64,000 nt of DNA from contig OZ253449.1 in assembly GCA_965261345.1 (NCBI GenBank), positions 704,001-768,000 of the forward strand, written 5' to 3'. The DNA comes from Chloroflexota bacterium. Its GTDB lineage: Bacteria > Chloroflexota > UBA11872 > VXNJ01. The notes beneath the pieces were generated by a model. It searched no databases and had not been told where the DNA came from. It saw nothing but the letters and a program-made list of their open reading frames with translations. Within the stretch, counting starts at the first letter, position 1; each line of letters opens with the position of its first letter. Shown piece by piece: positions 28,487-38,549 of this stretch. The position numbers and the translations under genes are program-made.

Positions 28487-29188
28487 ATGCGCGCAGATTG
28501 CGAATCCTACATTTCCGGGCCCAACGACCTGGATCGGCTGTTGGAGTTGGAGGACGCGGCGGAAATTGAAAAAATCGTAGTGTTCGCCTCCGTTGGCTAT
28601 TGGCCGGACAATGCCGCCGTGGCCGCGTGCGCCAGGCGCTCCGACCGAATAATTCCCTGCGCCTGCGTCAATCCGCGCCTAGGCGATCAGGCCTGCCAAG
28701 AGCTCGAGCGCTGCTTAGGAGTCGACAAGATGGCCGGCCTCAAGTTGATGTCGGCCAACCACGGTTACACCTATTCCTCCGATGTCGCCAATGACTGCGT
28801 GGAAATCGCCCGCCGCTACGGCGTCCCGGTCACGATTCACTCCCAGGGCAGCCCTTCGCACCCGCTTGAGATTGCGGTGCTAGCCCGGCGGTTTGGCGAT
28901 GTTCCGTTCATCATGGACCACATGGGTCATCGATATTGGCGCGGTCAGGCGCTGGAGGCGGCGGCGATGGCCGATAACCTCTATCTGGGCACCTGTATCG
29001 CCGCTTTTGAGCCGCAGGCGGTCGCCGACGCGGTGACCGCGATAGGGTCTGATCGAGTGGTGTTCGGCTCCAACGCCCCCACCGCCTACCCCGATCTGGC
29101 GGCCGAATCGATTCGCCGATTGAAGTTGCCAGACGCCGATCTGGAAAAAATCATGGGGCTAAACCTCGCCCGCATCTATCAGCTCTAA
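28487..29188 (+). CDS. Amidohydrolase_2-family protein with atypical metal ligands
   Basis: VNPR, GLKL, PVTIH, IMDHMG, RVVFGSN, IMGLNLARI. The N-terminal DxHxH reads DCESY. Confidence 0.75.
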   Translation: MRADCESYISGPNDLDRLLELEDAAEIEKIVVFASVGYWPDNAAVAACARRSDRIIPCACVNPRLGDQACQELERCLGVDKMAGLKLMSANHGYTYSSDVANDCVEIARRYGVPVTIHSQGSPSHPLEIAVLARRFGDVPFIMDHMGHRYWRGQALEAAAMADNLYLGTCIAAFEPQAVADAVTAIGSDRVVFGSNAPTAYPDLAAESIRRLKLPDADLEKIMGLNLARIYQL

Positions 29189-29288
29189 TTGCGGGCATTA
29201 ATCGCCCGCCCCGCGCGGTGGCTGACTTTATCCTTAGAACCGGCCGGTTCAGCCGGTCTAATTTCCACTTTCGCAGGGACCCTCCGCA

Positions 29289-29624
29289 ATGGTCAAGACA
29301 GTCCACAATTCCGAGGTAGAGCTAGCCGACACCCCTTTTCCCGGGGTCAAGAACAAGCTGCTGGTGCACCACCAAAACATGCACATGCTCGAAGTGCATC
29401 TGCCCGCCGGCGGGTGTGTCGCCATGCACAGCCATCCCAATGAGCAAGCCGGCTATTGCGTCAAGGGCGCCCTTGAGCTAGAGGTCGATGGCGCCAAGGC
29501 AATATGTCGAGCCGGATCGGCGTGGATCATTCCCGGCGGGGCCGAGCACGAGGCCACCGCGATCGAAGCCAGCGTGATCATCGAAGTCTTTTCTCCTCCA
29601 CGCCAAGGCCTAATCGCGAAATAG
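29289..29624 (+). CDS. Cupin-domain protein
   Basis: HSHPNEQ, IPGGAEH, VFSPPR. Confidence 0.88.
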   Translation: MVKTVHNSEVELADTPFPGVKNKLLVHHQNMHMLEVHLPAGGCVAMHSHPNEQAGYCVKGALELEVDGAKAICRAGSAWIIPGGAEHEATAIEASVIIEVFSPPRQGLIAK

Positions 29625-29669
29625 CCGGTCTCGGGCGGCCCGGGTTTGCCGGCAGCACCGGCCCACCGT

Positions 29670-29990
29670 TCAATCCTGGGAGACATACCAGTCCCGGGCC
29701 AGCGCGGTCAACCCGGCGCGCTGAACTTGCAAGCCATCAACTAGTACCCCCTGCGGGGCCCGTTCGAAATACCCGGCCGCCTCCAGCTGCGAAAGCAGGT
29801 CACGGGTGGTCGGCATCGTCCATTGGTCGCCCGGAGAAACATGCGGTTGGGTAAGGGTGGCCCGGCGACCGCCGGCCTCGGTCTGCAGCCGAAACACGTA
29901 TCCCTGACGCACCGCCGCGCCGGCCCCGAAGGCCCGTTGACAGATCTGCAGGAGCAGTTTTTGGGCGTCCGCCGCCAGCCGTTCAGGCAT
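29670..29990 (-). CDS. Hypothetical ~106-aa protein coupled to the sulfatase
   Basis: Its ATG overlaps the sulfatase stop (ATGCCTGA) and the ORF fills the gap to the cupin gene. Confidence 0.5.
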   Translation of the reverse strand: MPERLAADAQKLLLQICQRAFGAGAAVRQGYVFRLQTEAGGRRATLTQPHVSPGDQWTMPTTRDLLSQLEAAGYFERAPQGVLVDGLQVQRAGLTALARDWYVSQD

Positions 29991-31464
29991 GAACAACCGG
30001 CCGTGGGTAGCAACTCTCGGCCAGCAACATTTCAATGAGGAGACGTTCGCCCAGCTCATGCCGCAAGCACGCCGACTCGGTTCGCGGGTACAGATTATTC
30101 AATTCATTGGGATCCTCGCGCAGATCGTAGAGCTCGGAGATCGGGCCCCCGGCGTATCTGGTCAGCTTGTGGGATTCGGTTACCAATGTGCGCGAAGTGA
30201 TCGGGGAATAGCGCCCCTGGAATTCGATCATCACCTGATCGCGCCCGGCGCCGCCGGATAGCCATCCGGTCATCGGCCGGCCCGGCATGTGGTCCGGCGC
30301 CCCGATACCGGCCAGGTCACAAAAGGTCGGGGCCAGATCGATGTGCGAACCGAGGTTGGGTAGGGTAGCGCCCGTCGGGCCGCCGGGCAGGCGAGCGATG
30401 AATGGGACGCGCTGCAAACCCTCGTAGGCATAGGGTCCCTTGTACAGGAGGCGATGGTCGCCAAGCAGCTCACCATGGTCGGAAGTAAAAATCACGGTGG
30501 TGGACTCGGCCAATCCCGCCCGGTCGAGGGCGTCCAGGATCATTCCAACGCCGTCGTCGATATGGCGGCACATCCCGTAGTAGTAGGCCAGGATCTGCTG
30601 CCAAACCGATGGTGGCAACGCCGAGAGGCTTTCGAACCCGGCCCCGCTGCCCTCCATGCGGCCGGGCAGATCCCCGCGGGCATACTGGCGAACATGTTCG
30701 GGCTTTCCAGTCAGATCGCCACCAAAACTGGCCGGCAGATCCATCTGCTGCGGGTCGTACAGATCGGCGTAATGACCGGAAGGAGCAAACGGGTGATGAG
30801 GATCGGGAAACGAGGCCCACAGAAAAAACGGCCGATCACCTACACCACGGAGATATTCGGCTGAACGCTGGGCCACCCAGGTCGTGGGGTGCCGTTCGAC
30901 CGGCAGGGCGGACTTCCAACCGCCGGGCCAGAGCGGGTCGACGAGGGCGTGTTCAATTCCGGTCAAATCGGCAAAATCGCCGCCGGCTTCCAAGTCGGCC
31001 CTGACGTGCCCGTGGACCACCGAATTGTGAGCCAAAGTCAGCTCGACGTGCTCGAAGCCATAGTACGGTCCATGCCAGGCAGCCGTTATCGATCCATCCG
31101 ACCAACTTTGGGCGGTCTCGCGCGAGTCCCCTGGGGCCAGGCCACGGTAGCGATCATAGACTGAAAAATGCGCTTTGCCGATCAACGCGGTGGCATATCC
31201 CGAATCGGCCAAAGCCCGCGAAAACGTCGGGATGTCGGGGTCAAGCGGAAGACCGTTCGACCACACGCCGTGGCCGCGGGGTGTCATCCCAGTAATCATC
31301 GATGACCGCGAAGGCATACACAGCGGCTGCACACAATACATCCGGGGGCTATACGATCCTTCTCGGGCCAATAGATCAAGTCGCGGGGTGGCACCATACG
31401 GGTTTCCGGCGACCCCCAGTGTGTCAGCGCGCATTTGATCGGTAGTAATAAAGAGGAAATTCAG
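29983..31464 (-). CDS. Type I (formylglycine) sulfatase; probable CTG start
   Basis: NFLFITTDQ, CMPSRSSMITG (CxPxR), GKAH, PDPHHP, TSDHGE, ELYDLREDPNE. The track's longer N-terminus overlaps the opposite-strand gene. Confidence 0.9.
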   Translation of the reverse strand: MNFLFITTDQMRADTLGVAGNPYGATPRLDLLAREGSYSPRMYCVQPLCMPSRSSMITGMTPRGHGVWSNGLPLDPDIPTFSRALADSGYATALIGKAHFSVYDRYRGLAPGDSRETAQSWSDGSITAAWHGPYYGFEHVELTLAHNSVVHGHVRADLEAGGDFADLTGIEHALVDPLWPGGWKSALPVERHPTTWVAQRSAEYLRGVGDRPFFLWASFPDPHHPFAPSGHYADLYDPQQMDLPASFGGDLTGKPEHVRQYARGDLPGRMEGSGAGFESLSALPPSVWQQILAYYYGMCRHIDDGVGMILDALDRAGLAESTTVIFTSDHGELLGDHRLLYKGPYAYEGLQRVPFIARLPGGPTGATLPNLGSHIDLAPTFCDLAGIGAPDHMPGRPMTGWLSGGAGRDQVMIEFQGRYSPITSRTLVTESHKLTRYAGGPISELYDLREDPNELNNLYPRTESACLRHELGERLLIEMLLAESCYPRPVVHA

Positions 31465-31556
31465 ACTGGTGCCCCAACGGATGCTTAACGGAATCCAATC
31501 GACTATGCCAAATTTAATCCGGCTGCTGCTTCGGCGACGCTTTGCGGGGCCTGCCG

Positions 31557-32405
31557 ATGGCTGAATCGGCAGTTCCCCAACCCAGCCATTCATTTTTGTT
31601 GGAACAGTTGGACCTGCCGGCGCTGGCGGACTCGCACGGCTGGTCCCGCCTGGCTCCGTTCGTCTGGGATCCGATCGGGCGCCGGTTACAAACCGCGTCG
31701 ACGGTTGGCGACCGCGCAGTGGCGTTTGACCTGACCCAGGTGGGTGAAGGAATTCAAATTGACGTTTTTGGAAGCCCCGACCCGGGCGCGGCCGAAGCGG
31801 TTGTGCAACGAATGTTGTGGCCAGATCTCGACCTCTCCGACTTTCACGCCCGTTGCCGTCGCCAGGCTCGCTATCGCCCGTTGGCCGAAACCAGGGCCGG
31901 CACTTTACTGCGCTCACCCACGGTCTGGGAGGATCTGGCAAAGGTTCTAGCTACCACTAACGTGTCCTGGAGCGGGACCCGAGCGATGATTGAGCGCACG
32001 GTCAACAATTTGGGAGAAAGAGCTCCGTTGGGGCGAATCGCTTTTCCGGGTCCGGAAACAATCGCCCGGCTGAACCCGGGAGATATTCTCGAGCAGACTG
32101 GGTTCGGCTACCGCTCAGCCAAACTCGGCCAAATCGCCAAATTGATCTGCAACGGGCAAGTTTGCCCGGAAAGCTGGGCCGACCCCGAACGTCCCGACCG
32201 TACGGTCGCGGCCGAGATTTCCGCCTTGCCGGGAATCGGTCCCTATGCGCGGGCCCACATCATGGCGCTAAGCGGCCGTTTCGGCGAGCTGCCAATCGAT
32301 AGCGTTTTTCGGAGTCGACATCCCGACACGGCCGCCGCCGAGCGGGTCTATCGGCGCTGGGGCCGCTGGCGTTACCTGGCCTACTGGTTCGGCCGGCACT
32401 CCTAA
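31557..32405 (+). CDS. HhH-GPD DNA glycosylase (AlkA/Ogg-like)
   Basis: SPTVWEDL, TTNVSW, AFPGPE, GFGYR, LPGIGPYA, LPIDS. Confidence 0.82.
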   Translation: MAESAVPQPSHSFLLEQLDLPALADSHGWSRLAPFVWDPIGRRLQTASTVGDRAVAFDLTQVGEGIQIDVFGSPDPGAAEAVVQRMLWPDLDLSDFHARCRRQARYRPLAETRAGTLLRSPTVWEDLAKVLATTNVSWSGTRAMIERTVNNLGERAPLGRIAFPGPETIARLNPGDILEQTGFGYRSAKLGQIAKLICNGQVCPESWADPERPDRTVAAEISALPGIGPYARAHIMALSGRFGELPIDSVFRSRHPDTAAAERVYRRWGRWRYLAYWFGRHS

Positions 32406-34213
32406 AAAATCAGCAGCAGGGTCGCATACCCGACCACCAATACGACCAACGCGACCGGGGTACCGGCGCGCACGTAGTCCTTGAACTGGTAGTTGCCGGG
32501 TCCCATTACCAGGATGTTGCCGGGATGAGCGAAAGGGGTCACGTAGCCGGTTGCCGCGCCCAGGGCAACCGCCATTATGAACATTCGCGGATCGGCGCCG
32601 GCGGAGAGAGCTGCATCGATCGCCAACGGAGCCATCAGCACCGCCGCAACGTGGTTATTGACAAATATCGCAAAGAGTGATGTAAGCACCAGGATGATCG
32701 CCAGGACCACATGCCAACCGGCATCGCCGACCACATCGACCATTGAGGTGGCCAGCAATTCGGCCGCCCCGGTGGTGGTCATCGCCTCGGCAAGCGAAAG
32801 CATCCCGGCAATTAGCAGGATCGCTCGCCAGGAGATCGATGCGCGGGCCTCGTCCATTGTCAGGGCGCGAGTCATCACCATAGCCGCCGCCCCGGCCAGG
32901 GCAACTATCGCCACCGGCGCAATGTTGGTTACCATGCCAACCACGAAAAGAGCCAGCACGGCAATCGCCAACGGCGCCCGCTGACGACGAAATCGCATCC
33001 CGGTTTCCTGCGAGATCACGACCAGGTCATCGGCCTGCCGCCGCAGCGCGTCCACCTGCGCCGTGGGACCCTGCACTAGCAGGGTATCGCCCTGGCCCAG
33101 GCGCAATTGAGCCAGGCGGGTACGTTGCGCCATCCCGTCGCGCCAGACGGCCAGCACGTTCAACCCGTAGCGGGCGGCAAAGTCAATTTCCGGCAGGGTC
33201 TTCTCGATCAGCTCCGATCGCGGCGCCACCACCACCTCGGCCATCCTCGAGGACCCCGAACCAAGTTCAGCCAGATCGGCTACGGTACGGTCAAACTCAC
33301 CCAATCCGAAACTCTCGGCCATCCGTTCGACATCGACTCGAACCCCGCTGATTAGCAAGTGATCATCGGACTGGATAACGATGTTGGCGATCCCTTCGGC
33401 TATAAGATCGTCCTCGCGCTCAACCGCGTAGATAAAGACTCCAAATTTGCGCCCCAGATCGGCCTCGCCGGGAGTCTGGCCAATCAAGTTGGAGGTAAAT
33501 GGCACGATGATGTCGTAGACGCTCTGCTCTAACTTGTAGGGTTCGTGGTGGCGGCTGTCGGCCGGCAGCATGGCATCAATTTCCGCACTACCGGCATGTG
33601 AAGGGAGGAGCCAACGTCGCCCCAGGACCATCGAGGCGGTGCCGGCCGCCAAGATCGCCACCCCGATCGGGGTGAAATCGAAAAGCTGGAACGTCTCGAA
33701 CCCGCGATCGACCATCACGCTGTTGACCAGCAGATTTGCCGGGGTACCCACCAGGGAAAGCATGCTTCCCATCAACGCCCCGTAGGAAAGCGGCAATAGC
33801 ACCCGTGCTATCGGCGCGTTCATGGCCCGCGCCGCCGCCACGATTGCCGGCAGCATCACCGCCGCCGCCCCGATCGCATTCATAAATCCCGAGAGTCCGC
33901 CGACCGCCAGCATCGTCAGGGCAATAATGCGCGCCTCGCTGTCTCCGGCAGCTCGCCGCAACAGCTGACCGATTGCGTAAGCAATCCCGGTGCGTGAGAG
34001 GCCTTCGGAGATCACGTAGACCGATCCGATGGTAATGACCGCGGTGTTGGCGAAACCGGAGATCGCCCGGTCCAGGGTGACTAATCCGCTGGCGTAGACG
34101 GCCACCAACACGGCCAGGCCGATCAGATCAAAGGAGACCTTGTTGCTTGCAAATGCACCTACCGCCACCACCAAAATCGCAATCGTCAAGGCGATCTCAG
34201 CGGTCAATTGCAA
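32402..34213 (-). CDS. SLC13/CitMHS-family permease with TrkA-C domains
   Basis: SGFANTAVITI, SGFMNAIG, LVGTPANL, two soluble TrkA-C-like segments, TPFAHPGNILVMGPGNYQFKDY. Confidence 0.9.
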   Translation of the reverse strand: MQLTAEIALTIAILVVAVGAFASNKVSFDLIGLAVLVAVYASGLVTLDRAISGFANTAVITIGSVYVISEGLSRTGIAYAIGQLLRRAAGDSEARIIALTMLAVGGLSGFMNAIGAAAVMLPAIVAAARAMNAPIARVLLPLSYGALMGSMLSLVGTPANLLVNSVMVDRGFETFQLFDFTPIGVAILAAGTASMVLGRRWLLPSHAGSAEIDAMLPADSRHHEPYKLEQSVYDIIVPFTSNLIGQTPGEADLGRKFGVFIYAVEREDDLIAEGIANIVIQSDDHLLISGVRVDVERMAESFGLGEFDRTVADLAELGSGSSRMAEVVVAPRSELIEKTLPEIDFAARYGLNVLAVWRDGMAQRTRLAQLRLGQGDTLLVQGPTAQVDALRRQADDLVVISQETGMRFRRQRAPLAIAVLALFVVGMVTNIAPVAIVALAGAAAMVMTRALTMDEARASISWRAILLIAGMLSLAEAMTTTGAAELLATSMVDVVGDAGWHVVLAIILVLTSLFAIFVNNHVAAVLMAPLAIDAALSAGADPRMFIMAVALGAATGYVTPFAHPGNILVMGPGNYQFKDYVRAGTPVALVVLVVGYATLLLIF

Positions 34214-34260
34214 ACCTCATCGCAAACGCGGTTTAAGGGCGGGCGACGCGGGCTATGCTA

Positions 34261-34458
34261 CTAGCCCGTTGCGGCATCGGTCGGCCCTGGGGCGGGCGCA
34301 GATTGATCTGGCAGCATGCGCGCTATTCCGTTTTCGATCGGGTAGCGCCGGGTGCAATCCCGGCAGACTAGTTGGGCTGAGTTTTCGGCAAGCTGGCCAC
34401 GGCAGGCCGGACAGGCCAGCCGCAACAACAATTCGGCGGGAATTAGTGGTCGAGTCAA
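34261..34458 (-). CDS. Trm112/UPF0434 family protein
   Basis: LACPACRGQL...LVCRDC..RYPIENGIARML. Confidence 0.85.
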   Translation of the reverse strand: MTRPLIPAELLLRLACPACRGQLAENSAQLVCRDCTRRYPIENGIARMLPDQSAPAPGPTDAATG

Positions 34459-34684
34459 TGAACGCTACTTAGCGTAACGGGTAATATTCCCATGCGCCGC
34501 GCCGTTGCCGACTCAAATTTTCCGAGTGCCGGAATCGGCGTGCAGGAATTCTAATTGGCCCGCCGCGGGAGATTGGCGCGATGATCTGGAATCGGCCTTT
34601 CGGCCAATCATCGTTAGAATTTCGTAAACTACTTGCAAGCCTTCTCACCTAGCTAGCAACCGCTCGCCAACCCCACTGCCCCTG

Positions 34685-35371
34685 ATGGAAATTGCCTGGT
34701 TCGGCGCATCGTGCTTTCGGATTCAGCACCGTGGCGCAATCATTTTTCTGGATCCCTACCGCTTACCCTGGCGCTACCGCAATTTAAAGCAGCGGGCGCA
34801 TGGGATCACACTTAGCAGACCCCCGACGGGCGAGGAACCTGAGCTTCGCAATATCGAGGATCAGGACCCACTGGCTAAAGTCGGAACCGAACCCTATCGC
34901 ATCGATCGTCCCGGCGAATACGAAATCGCCGGTATGTTCATTGACGCCTACACAGCGACACCCGACCCTAGTACCGGGCCCGGCGGACTGGTACTGCGTC
35001 TTGTCGGCGGACACACCAAAGTGGCTCATTTGGGGCAATTGGCCGCGCCGCCGCCGGATTCGGTGGTTGCCCACCTGCGGCACGCCGACGCATTGATCGT
35101 CCCGCCCGGCGGGCGCGGCCAGCTTTCGGTTGGTGAACTGGTCAAGCTGGTGTCGCGGATCGACCCCTGCTGGGTGGTTCCGATGGAGTACTCGGACGCC
35201 GATGAGGTCGAGAACACCGCCCTAATTGAAAAACTGGTTGCCGGATTGGGCTTCCAGGTGACCGATCAGCAACCGGCGCTGACGGTAAGCGGGCGTTATG
35301 AGGGTCACGGTACACCGCAGATCGCCAATCTCCGTGCCCGCGTGGCGTTGAAGAAATCGGTCGTGGCCTAA
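34685..35371 (+). CDS. Metallo-beta-lactamase-fold protein lacking metal ligands
   Basis: MEIAWFGASCFRI, DPY, PGEYEI, HLGQL, VPPGG, VPMEY. Confidence 0.75.
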   Translation: MEIAWFGASCFRIQHRGAIIFLDPYRLPWRYRNLKQRAHGITLSRPPTGEEPELRNIEDQDPLAKVGTEPYRIDRPGEYEIAGMFIDAYTATPDPSTGPGGLVLRLVGGHTKVAHLGQLAAPPPDSVVAHLRHADALIVPPGGRGQLSVGELVKLVSRIDPCWVVPMEYSDADEVENTALIEKLVAGLGFQVTDQQPALTVSGRYEGHGTPQIANLRARVALKKSVVA

Positions 35372-35377
35372 ATCGAA

Positions 35378-37033
35378 GTGCTGGTCCCATCCAAGTACCT
35401 GATTGTGACCGGCGGGGTGATGTCAGGACTGGGCAAAGGGGTAACCTGCGGCTCAATCGGCCGCATCCTCAAGTCGCGTGGCGTAGGGGTTGTAAACATC
35501 AAGCTCGATCCATATATCAACGTCGACCCCGGGACGATGAACCCCGCCCAACACGGCGAGGTGTTCGTCACCGACGACGGGGCCGAAACCGACCTGGACC
35601 TTGGTCACTACGAACGCTTTACCGACGTAAACCTTACCGCTGACTGCAATACCACCAGCGGCCAGGTTTTTGCCGAAGTGATTCGGCGCGAGCGCTACGG
35701 CGATTACCTCGGCGGAACCATCCAGGTGATCCCACATGTAACCGATGCGATCAAGGCGCGCATCCTGCGACAGGAGCAGAACTTCGGTGCCCAAGTCCAA
35801 ATCATTGAAGTTGGCGGAACCATCGGCGATATGGAGGGGTTGCCGTTCTTTGAAGCGGTACGCCAACTGAAACGTGATGTCGGTCCGGAAAACATCATGT
35901 ACATCCACCTCACCTACGTTCCCCGACTGGGCCCCTCGGGCGAATTTAAAACCAAGCCGACTCAACACTCGGTCGCCACCCTGCGCTCGATCGGCATTCT
36001 GCCGGAGGTTATCGCCTGCCGTTGCGAGCAACCGCTCGACCGCACCACCCGCGAAAAGATCGCCCTGTTTTGCGACGTAGATGCAAAGGCTGTAATCTCG
36101 CTGCCAACCCTGCCCGACATCTACCGCTTGCCGATGCACCTAGAGGACGAAGGCCTTGGCGATTACATCTGCCGCCACCTCGGGATCAAAGCAACAACGG
36201 TCGACCTGTCCGATTGGCAAACAATGGTCAACCGGTCGGATCAACATCGGCATGAAATTGAAGTTGCGGTGGTGGGCAAGTACGTTGAGGCCACCGACGC
36301 CTACATGAGCGTGGTGCAGGCACTCCACCACGCCGGCGTGGCGAATTCGGCTCGGGTCACGATCCGCTGGGTCGACGCCGAGGAACTCGAGCGCCGGCCC
36401 GCCGAGGATTTGCTGTCCGGGGTGGATGGGGTTCTGATCCCGGGCGGGTTCGGAAAAAGAGGGCTGGAAGGCAAGGTCGCGGCTGCCGGTTGGTCCCGAA
36501 CGACCGCCACGCCGTTCCTGGGATTGTGTCTGGGCATGCAGATGGCGGTTGTAGAGTTCGCCCGCAATGTGGCCGGAATCGAGGATGCAGCGTCCTTTGA
36601 ACAGGACACCGATTCCACAGCCCAGGTAATCTCGCCAATGCCGCAGCACCACGGTGACATCGATCTGGGCGGAACCATGCGGCTGGGCGCCCAGGAATGC
36701 TCGATCGTGCCAGGGACCGCGACCCACGGCGCCTACGGTATGAATCATGTGCGCGAACGCCATCGTCATCGCCTGGAATTTAACAACGCCTTTCGAAAGT
36801 CGTTGCAACAGGCCGGAATGGTCCTTGCCGGGATTAATGAAAACCGAGATCTGGTCGAGATAATCGAGCTGGCCGGGCACCCTTGGTTCGTTGGCGTGCA
36901 GTTCCATCCCGAATTCCGATCGCGACCCAATCGTCCGCACCCATTGTTCGTAGGATTTCTGGGCGCCTGCCTGCGACATTTCCCGGAAACCAGTTTGCAG
37001 ACCGCCTACCAAGAGGACCTGCAACTTTCGTAA
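35378..37033 (+). CDS. pyrG: CTP synthase
   Basis: VTGGVMSGLGKG, DPYINVDPGTM, KTKPTQHSV, GLCLGMQ, QFHPEF. Confidence 0.97.
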   Translation: MLVPSKYLIVTGGVMSGLGKGVTCGSIGRILKSRGVGVVNIKLDPYINVDPGTMNPAQHGEVFVTDDGAETDLDLGHYERFTDVNLTADCNTTSGQVFAEVIRRERYGDYLGGTIQVIPHVTDAIKARILRQEQNFGAQVQIIEVGGTIGDMEGLPFFEAVRQLKRDVGPENIMYIHLTYVPRLGPSGEFKTKPTQHSVATLRSIGILPEVIACRCEQPLDRTTREKIALFCDVDAKAVISLPTLPDIYRLPMHLEDEGLGDYICRHLGIKATTVDLSDWQTMVNRSDQHRHEIEVAVVGKYVEATDAYMSVVQALHHAGVANSARVTIRWVDAEELERRPAEDLLSGVDGVLIPGGFGKRGLEGKVAAAGWSRTTATPFLGLCLGMQMAVVEFARNVAGIEDAASFEQDTDSTAQVISPMPQHHGDIDLGGTMRLGAQECSIVPGTATHGAYGMNHVRERHRHRLEFNNAFRKSLQQAGMVLAGINENRDLVEIIELAGHPWFVGVQFHPEFRSRPNRPHPLFVGFLGACLRHFPETSLQTAYQEDLQLS

Positions 37034-37090
37034 TCATCCGCCGGCGGGTATACCGGTCGGTCGGACCAGCAGCACATTCGAGGATTGGCA

Positions 37091-38368
37091 ATGAGTGTCA
37101 TTTGCGTCGTCGGCACGCAGTGGGGCGACGAAGGCAAGGGCAAGATCGTAGATTTCTTAGCCGGCGACTGCCAGCTGGTTGTCCGATTTCAGGGCTCTGA
37201 CAATGCCGGTCACACGGTTGTAAACGATCACGGTCGATTCGGGTTGCATCTGATCCCATCGGGCATCTTCCATCGCGGCACCCGCAACCTGCTAGGGACC
37301 GGCACCGGGGTCAATCCCGATTCATTCCTAAACGAAGTTAACGGTTTGGCCGACCGGCTCCCTTCGCTTGGGATCCGCGATCGAATCCGGATTTCCGAGC
37401 GCGCTCACGTGATCATGCCATATCACCGGCACATCGATTCGGCCCAGGAAGATTCACGTGGCGACCTGTTCCAAGGGACGACCGGACGCGGCAACGGCCC
37501 ACTTTATGCCGACAAATATTCCCGCAGCGGCGTCCAAATCGCCGATTTGTACGAACCGCAATACCTGTTGCGTTGGCTCGAACATGTCATCGGTGAAAAA
37601 AACCACCTGCTCCGGCGCCTGGGAGCCGAATTCTCCCTGAGCCCGCAGGCTGCTTTTGAACAATGCCAAGAATGGGCCGAATTGCTCTCGCCTTACGTCG
37701 TTGACAGCTTTCCCTTGATCCAGGCAGCCTTACGCGGAGCTCAAAACGTGCTGCTGGAAGGCCAATTGGGAATCATGCGCGACATCGACTGGGGGCATTA
37801 CCCATACGTGACCTCATCGTCGCCGACGGCCGGCGGCGCCAGCATCGGGGCCGGGATTCCGCCCAACCGCATCGACCGCACGATCGGGGTCGCTAAAGCC
37901 TTCACCTCCTCAGTCGGTGAGGGACCATTTCCCACCGAGCTGACGGGGCCAGCCGCTGATCGGCTGCGGATCGCCGGCCAGGAATTTGGTGTAGCAACCG
38001 GACGCCCGAGGCGGGTTGGATGGATGGACGCGGTCGCCGTGCGCTACGCCGCGGCGCTAAACGGGATCAGCCAATTGGCGCTCACCAAACTGGACCTGCT
38101 CGACGATGTTGATGAAATACCCATCTGTCGAGCCTATGAGGTCGACGGGGAGACGATCGAATGGGTGCCCAATACCCACCGGCTGGCACGCGCCAAGCCA
38201 ATTTACGACCTCATGCCGGGCTGGCGGCAGCCAACGGCAGGTCTATCTGAATGGTCTCAGCTGCCAGCCAACGCCCGCGCCTACGTTCGGCGGGTGGAGG
38301 AGATAACCGGAGTAGCGGTCGGATACGTCGGCACCGGACAAGAGCGGTCGGCGCTAATCTGCCGCTAG
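37091..38368 (+). CDS. purA: Adenylosuccinate synthetase
   Basis: QWGDEGKGKIVD, NAGHTV, HYPYVTSS, TGRPRRVGW, LTKLD. Confidence 0.96.
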   Translation: MSVICVVGTQWGDEGKGKIVDFLAGDCQLVVRFQGSDNAGHTVVNDHGRFGLHLIPSGIFHRGTRNLLGTGTGVNPDSFLNEVNGLADRLPSLGIRDRIRISERAHVIMPYHRHIDSAQEDSRGDLFQGTTGRGNGPLYADKYSRSGVQIADLYEPQYLLRWLEHVIGEKNHLLRRLGAEFSLSPQAAFEQCQEWAELLSPYVVDSFPLIQAALRGAQNVLLEGQLGIMRDIDWGHYPYVTSSSPTAGGASIGAGIPPNRIDRTIGVAKAFTSSVGEGPFPTELTGPAADRLRIAGQEFGVATGRPRRVGWMDAVAVRYAAALNGISQLALTKLDLLDDVDEIPICRAYEVDGETIEWVPNTHRLARAKPIYDLMPGWRQPTAGLSEWSQLPANARAYVRRVEEITGVAVGYVGTGQERSALICR

Positions 38369-38449
38369 CTAATCGGGCTGGCCCCGAGGGTCCGCTACCC
38401 AACGAATCGCACCGTGCTGGAGCCGGGTTTTAACCTAAAATTTGCCGCG

Positions 38450-38481
38450 ACCTTTAATCTTGTCCGGCGAGGCAGAAAGGT
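38450..38481 (+). promoter_or_regulatory. PyrR-binding RNA element (anti-antiterminator)
   Basis: CCTTTAATCTTGTCCGGCGAGGCAGAAAGG fits the CUUUAA...GUCCNGNGAGGY...AAGG PyrR-site pattern and lies directly upstream of pyrR. Confidence 0.85.
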
Positions 38482-38518
38482 TAAATTGGCCGATTCCGGC
38501 TCACCCGATAAGCTAGCG

Positions 38519-38549
38519 CGGTCACCGATTCCGGATGACCGTTTTTTTT
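38519..38549 (+). terminator. Attenuator terminator of the pyr leader
   Basis: CGGTCACCG-ATTC-CGGATGACCG hairpin followed by T8. Confidence 0.85.

Noticed and set aside
31465-31941. Long N-terminal extension of the sulfatase
   Set aside because: It overlaps the glycosylase gene on the opposite strand; sulfatase similarity begins at NFLFITTDQ.
34546-34630. Nested inverted repeats suggesting an ncRNA
   Set aside because: No known RNA motif recognised; it contains TAGAAT/TAAACT -10-like boxes and fits a divergent promoter region.
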